Shown: positions 33,957-48,664, counted from the whole stretch's first letter. The stretch: 51,697 bases of DNA, filler included, from Catajapyx aquilonaris (GCA_000934665.2; 2 parts of 2 records of this genome joined end to end with filler, not necessarily neighbours in it); one strand, 5' to 3'. Notes: generated by a model not told the origin, from the sequence alone. Numbers and translations are program-made.

Positions 33957-35857
33957 AATAGCTACCATATGACTAAGTGGCATATACTGGCATGATAATA
34001 CTGATGCAATCGAGCGTATAGTCTAACGGTATACGGTATTTCCTTCCGAAACCTTAATTATTATTTTTACCGGCATTGTAGGGTAAACCGTACACCCTAT
34101 CATAACGGGCACTTCTACATAATTATGATTACAGTAATTATCCATTGCATCACAAATTTTTTATAAACATAGCAGCACTTATCTATCTCTTTTTGCCGAT
34201 CATTCAGCCACCATTGACATCACATGGCGACGGAAGCCTTTATTGCCGCCGATTGCGTCATGCGGGGCCAGCCACCCGGTGACCTTGAGAATTACTCCCC
34301 CCCACGCACAACTTTTAAACTGGTAAAAATGCCAAGCATTCCATTACTGGATCATTTTCAGAACGGTCTTGCGGCGGTACTTTTTAATGACAATTATCCA
34401 TAAGGGATCGGTAATGAAATAATGTCATCTCATTTATCAGACATTCCATAATGTTTCCCGCTGCCTATGCATGCCAACAACTTTGTTGTTGTTGTTTGAA
34501 AGTAAAACTGAGTTTGTTTTTCATTGTTGAAAACCTTGACAACAATGTTTTCAACACAGCAGGAAGGGTTCTAAAAATTATCATCAACAATCTTTTCAGC
34601 AATGAGTAACATCAAGGTAACATCGAATGGCCATGTCTACTCAAGCTGACACGTACGAAAAAATAAGTGCATTTTGTGTAAGTGAACATACAAGGCCACC
34701 CCAAAAATTATGCTCTCACGTAATGCAGGAATTGTAATTGTTGTGAGAAAAATATGACCCCATAATGGTAAACTCAACCAAAATAGAAAATGCCACAATA
34801 AGCCAACTCATATGGTTCAAAAGGACTACGCGAAAATTTAGTTTGGCAGGACCTATGGGACCAAGGGCTCACCTGAGATAATAGGTCCCAAAGGTGAAAG
34901 TTCTACCAAAAAAGGACCAGGCCAAAACGGACAGCGCCTTTTCAAAATGAATAGGTGAGTCACAACTGTTTACGGCTAACGCCGCATTTTTTTTGGAATA
35001 CTTTTCAGCTGGGAGAAGGGGAAGGATTGCATGGAAAAAGGTCGAAACTAGAGCCAAACCTTTGCCAAGCACCCCTGTGGAAGGCAACATCTCTTTTTCT
35101 TCATTGTTCCATTGAGGCGTTGCCAAGTCGGAATGACCTATTGCAACACGTGACGATTGAAATAATTTTATACTTAAGTAAAGTAAGGATTTCTGACTGT
35201 AAACCTAGATTTTTTTAAAATTGATTGGATAGTGGCCAAGAGTGGTGCTGCCCTATCGCATGTAAAATAAGTATTGAAATGTGACCTACAGTAATATCAG
35301 CTAATACTTTTGATAATTATTAAAATCAAATGCAAAATAACTGCTATAAAATAAGCAGCTTAATGCCAACAAATACCCATACAAGTATTTTGGATCGCCC
35401 TTTATTGGCTGTGTTCATATCATGAAGGGTACAGGTAATTTACATAGCACTAAGGAATATGGGCCCACTATTTGGCTGCAAGCACAAGCAGGAACATAAA
35501 CTGACCTGATCTTAGATGCCAATACTATGCCTGTGACAACCAAAATAATGGACCAACTCGTCATCCCCCTTCAGCCCTTCTACACATGATTGACCTGAAT
35601 GTTCCACCACGTGATGAAGGCATCTTATTAGGGTAGGTAGCCAATTTCAGTGCAGTTTGTAGTAGGCCTGTTGGGACTACTTGGGAGACAATAGTTTTTA
35701 AAAAGGTTGTTAATTTTAGTTTACAAATAATGATCATCAACCTCTCTGCAACATTTTATTAGCCATAATTCAGTTCAGATTCAGTTCGTAAAAATAATGG
35801 CTACACAAAAATACTCTCTGCACGTTGAAAGGGTGTAGTCCAAATTTAACTTCAATG

Positions 35858-36020
35858 CACAGAGCAAGGGGGTAACCACTTCGGTACTCCGGTGTACACC
35901 TGCGAGTGGTACTCCCTGGTACTCCTCAGGTACCTCACTCTTTATTACTCCTTGGTACTCCTTGAATTTGGTACTCCAGTGTACACTTTTCAGTCGAGTG
36001 ATTACCCCCTTGGCACAGAG
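35858..36020. mobile_element. Small TIR element with reiterated ggtactcc motifs
   Basis: caagggggtaa ... ttacccccttg inverted ends, with five ggtactcc copies inside. Confidence 0.5.
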
Positions 36021-37094
36021 AGCTTGTTTCGTACATGTGTGTAGGTATGGAGATAACGTACATATAATATGTGACTCATTTTGCATGCTAGGTGCACAAG
36101 CTGCCTGAGGAAGCGCATAAAAAAATTGCCGTAACAATATTTGCACATGTAACTTACTAAGAAATAACAGTGCAGAATAGTTACATACGATCATCACTGT
36201 GCACATGTATATGCAGATCTGGAGGCCGCGGGGTGAGTGAGAAAGAGTGTGTGTCCGGTACGGAGTATCTTCGATGATGTGCCCTGGGGTGCTCTGCCAA
36301 GGAATTTACCCTGAAAATCAGAGCTCTCTTTTTATTGGTAATATCTAATATCCAAGGCAAGGGCGGACACCTGCCAAGACGCTATAGGCTCTGCAGCTGG
36401 ATGCACTAGTAAAGGCAAGCAGTATTGCACAAGGTTACGCAGCTGGATGCACTTTTGAGTGCATCCTCTACTTCGTACATTAGAGACTGGGATTGGCACG
36501 TGTGGAACAAGGTCACGATCATAATATCCAATCCTATATAGTGAAGCCACGTTATATTTCAGCATCTTTCATTTCGAATCGACTTCAAAAGCATATTTAT
36601 ATTAAGTAATGTGTTGTTACGTCCGTGCCTTTCCAATAACGTCTGTAACGCCGGCATAACGTCCGTATGCCAATTGTTGGCGAACTTGCGAACTATGGCT
36701 GAAATTGTTCTACTAGTCAATTCGTTATGTAATAGTATGAACACACTGTTATTCCAGTGGACCCTGTATAATAAAGTGTCACAACCTCATAGCTCCACCT
36801 TCAATGTTTGTCTGAACAATGATGAAACACCCTGTATACTTACCACCATTCAAACCACAACCGGAGGTGGTTGTGGTTTGAATGGTGGTAAGTATACCAC
36901 CAGTCATCCTCTACAGGGGTATTCAATCTGATTTTTTTAATGGAGCACTATTTTTAGTTTTTTACTGAAGACAAGTGCCATTTCCTTACGTTATCGTGTA
37001 ATCAAGCTGTGCAATTAGCTCGTGATTCCGCAGTGGTCAACAGCGAGATTAATTTATTAACTCTAATAGCTTGAGCAGCGTTCATAGGGGCGCN

Positions 37095-37164
<70 letters not shown>
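37095..37164. repeat. (TA)n microsatellite
   Basis: Pure dinucleotide run next to a single N. Confidence 0.95.
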
Positions 37165-37167
<3 letters not shown>

Positions 37168-38582
37168 GAGTGCCAAAATATACAGGGTGTTTCAGAAAGA
37201 TACCGACTTTTACGGTAACTGTTGGATGTTTATCGATCTGAATATCACATATTTCCGCCTTGGGACTATTATAGGGCGTCATTGCTGACTTTTTTCATTG
37301 TTAAACTTAAATAGGGGAAACTATACCCTAGCTAAGGCATTGAACCTTTAATGACGATTAATAATTTATAATGGTGGATTACGGTACATATGCAGTACAT
37401 TTTGACCTGTAGAAACAAAGTCCATTGCCTACCACCCTGAGTTGCCCTCTAATGCGGACTTGTGTGCGACTGTAATCAATATGCATAATTCGTAAGTAAC
37501 CTACTCGTAAAACTTGTGAGTTAGATCAACAGTCACCCGAATTATTTAATAAAAAAACTCAATTAGTTTTTCAAATTGAACCGTTTTCTGAAATTTAACG
37601 ACATCTGTTTAATGAAGGCAATTTGCAATAACTACGTTACAATGGGTATTATTCCTGTGCGTGCCAAGTAGTGTGAAATTCTCTCACTAGATGGTTCCCG
37701 CGTTCATCTCAGCCCATTCAGACTTCGCTCATTTGGCTACAGGAATCTACCGGAAATATAGCGGACATACAAATGTTATATTATACAAAAGCTACACCGG
37801 ACTTTCGTACCGGTACCTACATTAGTTTAAAAACTTACGCAGTAATTTTATGCATTTTGACACATTTGAGGGTCATGAGGAAGTTGCATGTAATGGGTAT
37901 GTCCTCGGGTACCGGTACTTAACAAATTAAACGGCGATAAGTGTTTAGCCCCTACATCATTTTTCATGTTAGAGTGACGGTAATGACATTCAGTTTATCG
38001 GATTCGGAATGGACATGACAATGCGACACAGCGTTATTGTGACAAGGAATAGCTTGCAGACTTCGGTCTGTATCATTTCTGTATAATGCATCTCACCTTT
38101 ATCAGACTGACACCAGAGTAATATTGATTTTCCTGGAGCAGTCGGATTCACCTTCAAGTAAAGATGTCTTAAAAATATACTTCTAGGTCTACTCATGCAA
38201 AGCACTGATTTCACGTAATGTCAGTATTCTTGACGTTCATCAGTACAAATACCGAGTGGCAAGTAATGCGTCAATGCCAAGGTTAAGCTAGGATAATGTT
38301 AGAGCGCAGCAGTATGTACAGTATTTTTTTTTTTTGAAAGGTCATGGGCCAATCGATGTTGTGGGGCATGTTTAGAGCATACCTACAGTATACTGTATTC
38401 AGTCACAATTGCGGCGAAAAGTTGAATTTACAGAGAGCGATACGAAAGTTTGTTTCCCACAGGAAGGGGATATAATTATATCGGGAGTTTATTATTCTTT
38501 TTTACCTGTTTTGCTCATAGTTATTGCTATTGGATTTTTAGTATAGCATCAGGCTTTGGGAGGAAAGTGTTAAGATTTTACA

Positions 38583-38965
38583 CTAGCTGCGGCACCCGGC
38601 GCGGCGTTGCCCGGGAAGAAATGAATGAAGGGAAAACACCTGCCAGTACCCCCGTCAACTGTCTGTCTTTCTGTGTGTCCGGCAACCAATACCATCTGTG
38701 GTCCTGCTACTCCAATACCTTGAGCCTCTCTCGCCTGTATAACGGCAACCGTCATTTGCCTGCCATCTGTAGTCAACCTCCAACCCCTCCATCCTCTCCC
38801 GGCCTGGGGGTGGAGCACAGATGGCAGGCAAATGACGGTTGCTGGCGAAAGTAAGTAAACACATTTCGCTTTCGATTATATCGTCGGGATACAAGTGAAA
38901 CAAACCAAGTCCAATTTTAGATAGTCCAAAGTAAACAGGTTTCACCCTATATTAATAAAAGTGGA
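38583..38965 (-). mobile_element. Short non-autonomous Helitron (~383 bp)
   Basis: Minus-strand A|TCcacttttattaatatag at 38965. The 3' hairpin cccgggcaacgccgcgccggg lies just before CTAG|T at 38583. There is an internal 22-bp inverted repeat aaccgtcatttgcctgccatct. Confidence 0.82.
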
Positions 38966-39431
38966 TCAAGTTCAGCTCACTTCATTCAAGTAGGTTAATG
39001 TCAAATGATGATCGTCAGAGGAAAACGTTGTAAAATTTGTCATTTCGTCGACAAATTGAAGGAAAATTACAAAATCAGATAATGCTTCATGCTTTTTATT
39101 ATTGACAGTGTGGAGTCCGTTGATGAAGTCCATTAGGTTATAAAGTTTTTATAACGTATCCAAACTGTTGCTGACATGTTTATCTCCACTTATTGTGTTC
39201 TGGATTATTCATCGGTTACTGCCAGTCTACATAGGTTTATTGCTGGACGTGTGATCTCATCAAGAGAGCGTTATTTCAACAATACGAAGATAATATGAAC
39301 TGACACATTCAGTTCATTGGATGTGATGTGATGGACAAAAATGGCAATTTAGCAACTTTCAAATATTTCACCATGAAAATAGTGCAATTTCATGATCATA
39401 CAGTATTTCATAATCTTTCCTAGATAATTTT

Positions 39432-39972
39432 TCTGTCATTACAGTAACGACCAATTAAAAATGTTCGCATATGTTACAACATTACTTTTTTATTGGACGA
39501 ATGTTATAAGCATAGTTCCCACACCTTCACAATGTACGAGTAAAATTTCCATCTCCATAATATTTTACACACTTGCAAGTTGTGCCACTAGAAATGTCGT
39601 TGTAATTGGAACACGAGATATCATTGTGCCAATACCAACATGCGAGGGTCATATGTATTCAAATTGACAAAGGACTTATTTGAATAGGATAATTATATTT
39701 ATACACGAGGGACACTAAAGTGATACCAGATGGGATATGGGACTATTTCCGATGCTGCATCATTTCTGTACTGTATCCATAATGTAGAAAATAATATTGT
39801 GAACCAGTAATTTGGGGCCAAATTTTATGATTAACTTCCTTACTTGCAAGTGTGTAATTTTATTCCCACATTGTGAAGGTGTGGGCATACGGTATAACAT
39901 TATTTTGGCTAATAAAAAGTTGTAACACATGCAAAAAAAAATGGTCTAATTTATTGTTACGGTAATGACAGA
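39432..39972. repeat. Diverged ~140-bp inverted repeat pair (old TIR element)
   Basis: tctgtcattac...cccacaccttcacaatgt...ttacacacttgcaagt versus acttgcaagtgtgtaa...acattgtgaaggtgtggg...gtaatgacaga. Confidence 0.7.
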
Positions 39973-40880
39973 TATAAGGTTATCTGGTAAAATTTGTGAT
40001 GAAATGTCACGACATTACAGTGTATTAATTCACGTAGTCGGAAAAGGCAAAAAATAAAATTATGATTAGAAAATAACAACATTCATCCTGACTGGTATGC
40101 ACAATAATGGTGTATGGCTGTATGCGGCTGTATGGCATACTTAGCCGATATAAGTTCAAATTGTGACTACTTAATCGCATAACGTGTTTTCATACTAAGC
40201 AAGTCTGATAACTTGATAAAATGGTACATTTTGCTGAATGGAATGTAATAACACTCCCTTATAGTGTCATGTACGTAGGCTATACCATAACTCAGCAGAA
40301 GTCAGCCAATTAAGAAGGTTAGTGACTGGTTCAGTGACGCTGCGTTCTTTCCTTATAACGAGCTCGAGATATCATATAATGCTATTAACCCCAGATAAAA
40401 ATGATTTATTTGGAATATTATGGTCTACGAGCGATTTGGAATGCATAATGTCCTTGCCATGAACAGCAGACAATAGGAACTGATAAGGAGCTAGTATTTG
40501 GTCTTGTGCCCTTCTCGTTTCATTAGCAACTCGACCATCGTCCCATCTGCATTCACACCACTCCCAGCCAACAATGTCTTATTCTGGACTTAGGAATGTA
40601 CGGGTATGGATGCCTTACTGCATCTTCCTAGCCGCCATTTTGGTCATGGGGATACAGGCTCAGTTGTGCAAGCTGGCAGGAAGTGAGGTATGTTTTGTTA
40701 CGAATGTAATCCTATTATCTCCACTGGATGAGAGTAACTAAAGGTGGCTCTTTTTCAGTGCGAATGGAAGAGTGATTGTTGCTCCAACTGTTGCCGACTC
40801 ACTTTAGCTAAAGAGGGACTGAAGTACGTCTGCATGAACTGTATGATGTGCTACTCATGTCAGAAGTGATGGACAACACA

Positions 40881-40949
40881 GAAGAAGAAGAAGAAGAAGA
40901 AGAAGAAGAAGAAGAAGAAGAAGAAGAAGAAGAAGAAGAAGAAGAAGAA
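40881..40949. repeat. (GAA)n microsatellite
   Basis: Pure run. Confidence 0.97.
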
Positions 40950-41276
40950 ACACTGCTGCTTGAATGTGGCCATAACTTGGGAAGTGTCAGTGGTTCTATC
41001 CATTTGTACTGCTGAACTGATATTAAATATGTCGCTTCAATTGCGTGTATGATTACGTCATCCAACTTCCTTGTAATCCTTCTGAAACGTAGATGATAAG
41101 GTAATATCAGTATTTTGAGGAAACGTGAATGTCTGGAATTTTGTTTGCCTTTTACTTGTACAATCTACCGCGTTTGCGCAATGTACAATCTGTTGATGAT
41201 CATACATAGTTTAGCACGAGATTCGCCACTAGCAACATAAATAGTTAAAATGATTGCAACTTACACCATAACAATG

Positions 41277-41325
41277 GATACCCCGTGATATGCCTCCTTG
41301 GGCCTCTTAGGGGATCATCTTTTGC
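41277..41325 (-). mobile_element. Solo 3' end of the (TAT)n-tailed retroposon seen at 22962-23008
   Basis: The reverse complement caaaagatgatcccctaagaggcccaaggaggcatatcacggggtatcc is nearly identical to 22962-23008. Confidence 0.8.
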
Positions 41326-43026
41326 TTGACTGACTTTGCTGTGATTGACATTTTAAAGTGGTGCATAAAAATATTAAAATGCAGTTACACCCAGCGGATT
41401 ATAACATTTTGAAGATGAATAAAACGTACAGGTTTATCCTCTTAACATATTCAGCGCATTTAGAGTAACAAAATTATTACCCATTGGTGATCACAGTATT
41501 GACTTTCATTTTTTTTTCTCCAAAGGAAAGTAGTGAAATGTAAAGATATGGCCAAATTCAAGCCCACAGTTGTAGTATTTGCATAAACTGATTGTGCACC
41601 CAACTCTTCAATATGTTTCATTTGAATACAACATACTCTTGGTTAGATTTTGGCATTGACTACAGGGACACCAATTGGTACCATGGCATTGCAATACAGT
41701 ATATTGCAGCCTTTGGAGGCCCTAATCCTACTCTGTATACCCCCTTCTGCTCTGAGTGTCATGGCTTCACTCCTAGCCCCATGGGACAGATTCCACCCGA
41801 CCAAACTCAGCTGGCTTCAAAATCTGCTCTGAATATACTGTAGCTGAAGGACCAAAATGTGCAGGTGTTGCTTAGTGAACGTTCGCTTTTGATCAAGTGG
41901 TGGAAGGAAAATCCCTTGAAGAAGTTAGGTAAAATGTTGCAGTAATCACGTTTTAACATGGATGCTGAATTTTGAAGCCAAAAAATATTACAGGGGGTTA
42001 CCAGAATATATTTCAGGTGATTTAAAAAGGCCTGAATATTTAATGCTTTATAATGTCTCCAACATGAAGTTTAGAGACACGTACAAACAATATGAGATTT
42101 GCTCATTAATATGGGTTGATGCAACAGGCATTTAGTCCTTTCGTATGTGCAGAAGAATGTTGAAACCAGCAGAAAATACGTATTTTTACACAAATATATT
42201 TTTTCCTCACAAATTTTAATCATAAGATATTCTGAATGCTGCAATAAAATCAACGGTATGATTTATACATGAAAAGAGTCTGAACTAAAAATTTATGCGC
42301 AATTTTCTTCCTTGTACTGTACAAGGCCTTGACTAGAAAATCGGGTTTTCCTCTATTCTAGCATACAGTACTTCTATATGAGTACAGGATGTCTTATTTT
42401 CTTTAATATTGATTCGGTGAGAGCTAGAGTGAAAATGGACCGCTCTTTGACATGAATATTTTTACTGCTCCATAATAGAATTAACTGTAGGTTGTAAAAC
42501 ACAAATTATTATTATAATTTCATAAAAATATTATTTTAGCTGTTGGTTATTTTGATATTATTGCATTTGATACATTTTTTTTTTCTTTGAACGCCACTAA
42601 TGAATAATGTTCCTTAAAGTGGGGCAGGCACGTATAAAGGTCCTCCTTCATCGCTACTCATGTCAAACAAGCAGAAATGGACAGGTTCCATGTTCATATA
42701 GCCATGGCTCTTCTAGCTTGCCGAGTATTTGTAGTGTACTCTTGTGGGTGTTGCATAAACTAGTACGTCAGTGGTGGCTTGTAATATTAAGGGCCGCTAC
42801 ACACAAGTCGATTTTGTAGTGCAACTTGGTGCCAGGACGCAAAGTCTACTAGTGTGTACATGGTCACTTTATGCCCTTTCTCCTCTCGGGCACAAGTCCA
42901 ACTGTTTACCCCCAGCTAAAACTCTCTTCCAAAAAAGCTGCTGACGTTACTATATCCAAAGTGGCGAAAACTGTTTTGAACTGCAAACATTTCGTCTTTT
43001 TATCCAATTTTTTTGTCCAGCAGGTA

Positions 43027-43315
43027 CACTCTTAACCATTTACCTTCTCTAGAGAGGGTAAGAAAGTGGCCATTTTTTACCTTACATTGTAGGGTAAATA
43101 TTCTTGGGTAAATTGATTCTAAGGTTAATTTTGCATGTATTACCTTAGAAAATAGAGGGTAAAAAGAGGCCCTTTTTTACCCTCTATTTTCTAAGGTAAT
43201 ATTCTTGGGTAAATTTACCTTAGAATCAATTTACCCAAGAATATTTACCCTACAATGTAAGGTAAAAAATGGCCACTTTCTTACCCTCTCTAGAGAAGGT
43301 AAATGGTTAAGAGTG
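43027..43315. mobile_element. Palindromic MITE with CACT termini (CMC/EnSpm-like), TA flanks
   Basis: TA|CACTCTTAACC ... GGTTAAGAGTG|TA, with ~95-bp perfect arms plus an inner hairpin. Built from TTACC/GGTAA subrepeats. Confidence 0.88.
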
Positions 43316-43399
43316 TACCGTACCGTTGAATTGTGATACTGTCACATGTGCTATAGCTACATTTACACAAACCATATACTGATGTATTGTACAGTACAA

Positions 43400-45100
43400 G
43401 ATACAGCTGTGTTGTGGTTTTCCTCAAAGTATATACAGAGGATGAGGACCACAAACGGTACAGTAATCGAACCCATGTTTCTGACAGGCTACCAAAGAAA
43501 CCAAGATAATAGCAATCAAAAGATGCCCAGAGAAGCACAGAAAAATACTCATTAAGGTCCTCACAACAAAAGGTCATACAAGGCCATCTTCTTCGAATTG
43601 TTTGTAACTGTACATTATTGATTCCGTCATTTACTCGGAATTCTGAGGCACGGCACCAACCGTCTCTATTCATTACTTCCAGTCGGAGGAGACAGTACGA
43701 CAGCCCCCCACCCCCACCCCCCCCAAAAAAAAGAATGTTGTTGACGATATTTTTCACGCAGATAACAGACCATTGTTATTCTCTTTCCCCGCACACACGA
43801 GACATAGCACTTGTCACATACATTCCACGAGAATTTTGGCTCGCCATTCGGAGCCGCCCACAGGAATTTATGAGACCAAACCTATCTTGAACCCCCCCTC
43901 TCCCCCCTCCCAAAAAAAACACAATCGCCTATTTTGGAAAATGGTATGAGACGTAAAAATTACCGACATTTTCATTCCTTTCATCTCATAACAAACATCT
44001 CCCTCCTTCTCCACCCCTCCTTCCTTCCAGCCCAATTCCACACGAGTCTACGTCTTCGTGTAAATTGATAGCCGGAGCAAACTTCCTCTTCAGCGCATTG
44101 AAACTTGGACCTCCGGTTATATTGATGGTGAAAGCAGAGCAGCAAACAAACAGGAGTTGCAGCTCCCTAGAGTAGAAGGAAATGGGAATGAATTTGCGAC
44201 TTTTGGCCTTCTTCGTACTGTTGCTGATTCCATTTGCTTTGAGTGTGGTTCGGATTGAGAAGTATTGCCGATTAGAGCGAAGTCTGGTGAGTAATTTGTA
44301 TACTATAGGTTGGTCATGTGATGAACGTTTGGTTTCGATAGTGTTTGGACAACGAGCGGTGCTGTACCGGGTGTTGTGCCAGTGTTGAAGGGTTGTTTGG
44401 GTACAAGTGGTGTGCTCACTGCAGTCGGTGTGGTAACTGTCAGGAGGTGATTCCTTATAAGCGGAAACAATGAAGTGGTTAGCTGTGCTGATGCTGATCC
44501 TTTTCATCAGACTGGCTTGCTTGGTCGACCCTGTCTGTCTGGGCACTAAAGAGTTTGTAAGTGAATTTGTTTTATAGATAGGACCAGGTCTTGATTCGAT
44601 TTTAACTTTTTCAGTGTATTTCGGATATTGACTGCTGTAGCAACTGCTGTAATCCGTGAGTAGATACTATTGTGTGGTGGGTTTTGGACCTTATTGTTTC
44701 TTTCTTTGGCAGGTACGTTGGATTCTACGGGTACAGCCTATGCGACGAATGCCATGTGTGCGGACGCTGCAAAGTTGCCAACAATGGAACTGAAAATTAT
44801 CCTCCGAATGTTTGATTTAAGCAACGGTTTTATGTAGGGTTGTGGGGTTAATAATAAACACGTTGTGCTTTACGATGTTTCTTTATCAAAATCTAAATGG
44901 TAGAGCCGATGTCTGGAGAGGGCCATCGCTGAGAAGAACGGTTCCTGGTGATAGCTTTCGAAGGTGTGGTGAAGGCTAAATCTGAAGCTACAGGCCATCC
45001 GTAGAAATGATACTGCATGCATCCGCAGCTGATGTATCCGTACGCCCAATCGCAACACCGGCTGCAGCACTCCTTCGGTGATGAGCACTGAAAAGTGTCA
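43400..45100 (-). pseudogene. Very degenerate Penelope-like retroelement relic
   Basis: Minus-strand fragments YHQ..SAMALS, FIVSAYK, IRTTLKANGI, IPISFY and DGINNVQ occur in the order expected for the RT AMGSPLS motif, the SVYRKPT / LxxNGY / LPY thumb-linker motifs and the GIY motif. Many stops. Confidence 0.4.
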
Positions 45101-48100
45101 TGAGGATGTTTTTATTTCAGACAACGACGTGTCATGGTAATGCGTACAATTTGTGTAACAACCTTGCATATTAATGTCATTTATTGTGAGATATTAGGTG
45201 GGAGAGTAGAGCATAGAAGATTGATAGCAGGAGTCAATTTGAGTTAGGCATACGTTAGCTCGGCAGTTCATCGCAGGTCAGGCTGGGCGAGGACGCCGAG
45301 GAGAAAAGGTATTAAATATTTTGAGACATTTGATACCCATAGGGCCATATCAACACTATCCATCACTTTTTTAACAGTCGCGCCTCTCCGAAAGCTTGTC
45401 AGATGGCATGTAATATTAGTTAGGGTACAGGTATACTACTTATACAGGGTTCATGCTTACTCTAAATGTTTTTGTGAAAATATGTACAATATTTTAAACT
45501 TTTCCTGTAATATTTTGCGATTTTAAATACTATAACTAGAATTCCCTAATACTGATATCACTTAATGATAGTTTCTGAAAGAGAATCTTTATAATTAAAA
45601 GGGGGCCATTTCCTTCTTAACTGTGGAAAAACCAGCGGCATGAATAAATATTAGTCTTAAAATTGAATAATATTGAAGCCACTGAATTAGCGAAAAGTGT
45701 AACTTTTTAAAATCCAAACTGAGGCAGATACTTTCATATNCCCCCCCCCCCCCCCCAAAAAAAAAGCCTTATGCATCATGCGTGATAGGGGGCCGAGCAA
45801 AGGTTTTATTTGTCCTAGTTCAACATATGAGAAACAAGTGTGACTGATTACCCTGGAAATGTCAAGTAATAATGTCGGAAAAACGAGAGAACGATCTGAC
45901 GTCATTGTTTCTTCCATTGTTGCTTTTTTGTTGACACTGTTTACTCATATTGTTCTCTGATGGTATTTCCATGGAAACCTTGATGATGTCAGATCGTTCT
46001 CTCATTTTCCGTACATTAGTATGTTATTCAGGCAAGGTAATTGGTATTAACAAAAAATCGGCATTAGTTTTGTCACAAATCTTGCTGATTTTGGGGATTT
46101 CGTCCATTTAAATACTAGGCTGAAACATCATGCTGGTTATGCCATCCACCAGTAACCCTGGGGTAGTGGAGTGATCTAACCAGCAGGATGTTCCCAAACA
46201 TTCATTGTTGCGGAAACATGAAAATTAGCACGCGATTTACTTTGCAATGAGCAGAAATTGCCAAAACCAGCTCGAGTAATTTGCACCATATAAAATTTGA
46301 AAGACCTTTCTCCACCATCCTGTATTTATAACCTACTCTGAAATAGAGAAACAACGACAAATTAATATACAGTGTGACTGGGAAAAACACCGACAAACTT
46401 GGTGGGGTGATATAGGGTACCCAGAGGGACAATTTTAGATAATGAACCCGTGGTCGGAAATGCTTCCTGTCGAAGCTATAGAAGGGTACCCTCTATCACT
46501 CCCACCAAGTTTCACCTGTATAATAAAATTATTGCGCAAATGCGTTTGACATTTCAGATTGAAGGCACTATAATCTCAATGGTTTTTTTTTCTTAAATAA
46601 CCAACAATTTTAATATTCAGTTTTTGACAATGGGACTTGCTTTTAGATGTAGCAACAACGCCCGAGTAGTTTAAATATAAAAAAATGATTTCGACTTTTT
46701 CAAGACATCAAGCGCAAAAATCCGCCTTTCCACAGGTATGCTCAAATAAATAACCATGCAGGCTCAACCGATCCAACAGGGTATGACAAATTGCCAGATA
46801 CCGTGAGACCGCAGTGACACTTCTTTGTGATCCTTCTATGATTAAAGAAGCGTTGGAAGACTCACGAAAAGGCCATCCTTGACACAACCGTCGGTGACAC
46901 TGGTATCCAAAACTTGAGACGGATATGACACAACCACCCATGTCTGCAAAATGATGACTAGGACTAGAGTCCGCACCCAAGTACTCATGATTTTTTGAAC
47001 GAACATTCCCCTTTTCCCCCCAGTCCTTTTATATTACATCAACTTGGCCACAAAAATGTATCCGCATGTAAAATATACTCCACAACAACTGATACATTGA
47101 GAAGTGAAAATAATAAACATTTGCATTGTTACATGTCCAATGGCCTTTTGCGTGACCGATAGTGCGGACGTCACGTAGGAATTAGTCAGTACCTATATCT
47201 AGCCATCGGTGCATTCCTGACACCAATGGTATCCTCGAAGTCCGTCAATTTTCTCACAGCAATTAGAGCAGCACTCTTCGTCCTTCCGGCACTGAAACCA
47301 AAGCGTAGTGTCCATTTCCGAAAATTATATATCAAATTGTGACTTACATATGTACCGGGCAGTCGACACTCGTTGGAAAAAAATCCGTAGATCAGTAAAG
47401 CAACGAAACACACGACAACTTTCAGCCAATGCACGGATGCCATTGTAACACGCCTGTCTTTTCTCGGCGACTGTCCGGGATAATGTTTTTGCGGCATCAG
47501 TATCGGGCCACCTTATTGTTCCATTGTCTCCAAGATAATATAAGAAAAAGAAGGAAAGGAAAAGATCGACGAATTACGAAATCTAAAAAAGCATCTCTTC
47601 GAAGCCTTTTCACTAAGGGTTTCGCACAAATGCGATACCTTTCTTCTAATGCAGTCTTTTAAGAGGTCTATTCAGACGTATAGTGACTGATGACAAGAAT
47701 ATCCTCAAACTATAACCGTACCATTAATCTTTCAGGCCAATGCGCCATAATTCTGAGAAGACATGTTCCAGTCTAAACGTCGTATTTATTCCTGAAAACA
47801 TCCTTTCATGTGCAGAAAATATGGAGTAGTTTATATATTCGGGCTGAAAATAAAAGGGGATTAGGAAGGAAAAATTGGGTGAAAGAGCTTCTTTGTGAAG
47901 CCTTTCAGTCGTTTATAGGGTGGCCTAGAAGAGAAGTTAAATGACGCGCCCAACGTTAAAAAATTACTGTAGTTCTGGATCACCCCATTACGATAGTCCT
48001 AGTTGTTCAACTATTTCTGAAAATATGAACTGACAGATATTAATAATGTTTTTGTAGTACTATTGACTGATCGGAAGGCATATAAGATAACCAGTTATTT

Positions 48101-48664
48101 TAAAACACCGATGATTACAAAACAGTGATAACATATGAGCGTATTGTAGAATTTTGTTTTCTAAGGCCGATGTCCGTAAAACTCGTAAAAGACATTTCGG
48201 ACGTAAGCAGATTCGACGCATACAAATATTTAATAATTTGGCCACATTGTTTCAACATTCCGCCCCCAAAATATTTTGTTTGCTCTATTCTTGCAGAACA
48301 ATGTACCGGAATTCTTTCTGAGACACGCATCATTTGTCCGCAGATGCCACTCTGGGTACGGGCATGCTAAAATTGCCATATCCGTAAAACTATGCGATCA
48401 CGTCATCCGAGGCACATACAATGCACAATCGCCAGGAGACAACCCATGTCACATTCCAGTAGCCCTATAAATCAAGCACTGTTTCGAACTGGCCAACGTT
48501 ATTCCAAGTAAACGAAGTGACCGGACCGGACCTTAGCACACCGCAACATGACATTACGAATCTTCCTTGTCCTGCTGGTGCTCATTGCGTCAATCCGCAC
48601 ATGTTCCAGTATCTCGCATGACGGGTGCTATCCTGACAGCCATATTGTAAGTACCGCTCAGCCC

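Noticed and set aside
10190..41065. Poly-Leu, Ile, Asn, Ser and Tyr ORFs in the ORF track
   Set aside because: They are translations of (AAT)n, (GAA)n and (TA)n microsatellites.
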